This document shows positions 63,846-64,000 of a stretch of DNA of 64,000 nucleotides, one piece after another. This DNA is from Chiloscyllium plagiosum (lineage: Eukaryota). The position numbers and the translations under genes are program-made. The stretch covers positions 101,218,629 to 101,282,628 of the forward strand of contig NC_057718.1 of NCBI RefSeq assembly GCF_004010195.1. Reading direction: 5' to 3'. Below the pieces are notes generated by a model. That model did no database searches. It saw only the letters and a list, made by a program, of their open reading frames with translations, and was not told where the DNA came from. The stretch's first letter is position 1; each line of letters begins with the position of its first letter.

Positions 63846-64000
63846 GATTCTGGATCAGTGGTGCTGGAAGAGCACAGCAATTCAGGCAGCATCCGACGAG
63901 CAGCAAAATCGACGTTTCGGGCAAAAGCCCTTCATCAGGAATAAAGGCAGAGAGCCTGAAGCGTGGAGAGATAAGCGAGAGGAGGGTGGGGGTGGTGAGA
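63846..64000 (-). mobile_element. PLE family A2 terminus with intact hammerhead core (63907-63942), continuing beyond the window
   Basis: Minus strand ttattc-CTGATGA-a-GGGC-tttt-GCCC-GAAACGTC; 3' UTR-like sequence runs to the window edge. Confidence 0.85.

Overview
Repeat-rich vertebrate DNA, almost certainly from a cartilaginous fish (shark), judged from HE1-type V-SINEs and abundant shark-type CR1 LINE 3' ends. I recognise no host protein-coding gene, so the window reads as intron or intergenic sequence. There are two assembly gaps (20645-21378, 52616-52734). Contents: many CR1 LINE fragments (one with ORF1 joined directly to the 3' end), Rex1/Babar and L1/Tx1 fragments, several tRNA-derived SINE families, Tigger-like MITEs, micro- and minisatellites, and Penelope-like element (PLE) remnants with GIY-YIG endonuclease coding fragments. 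The most distinctive structure is a set of more than 20 short PLE-terminus-derived inserts, mostly fold-back hairpins. They belong to three sequence families, most carry minimal hammerhead-ribozyme motifs, and about 16 have visible 9-16 bp target-site duplications (TSDs). One PLE insertion (13-bp TSD at 29013/30793) encloses about 1 kb of non-PLE DNA, which suggests PLE-mediated capture. Two local templated duplications and a short CpG/GpC-inverted segment also stand out. Repeat names come from motif recognition by eye, not a database search, and boundaries are approximate.
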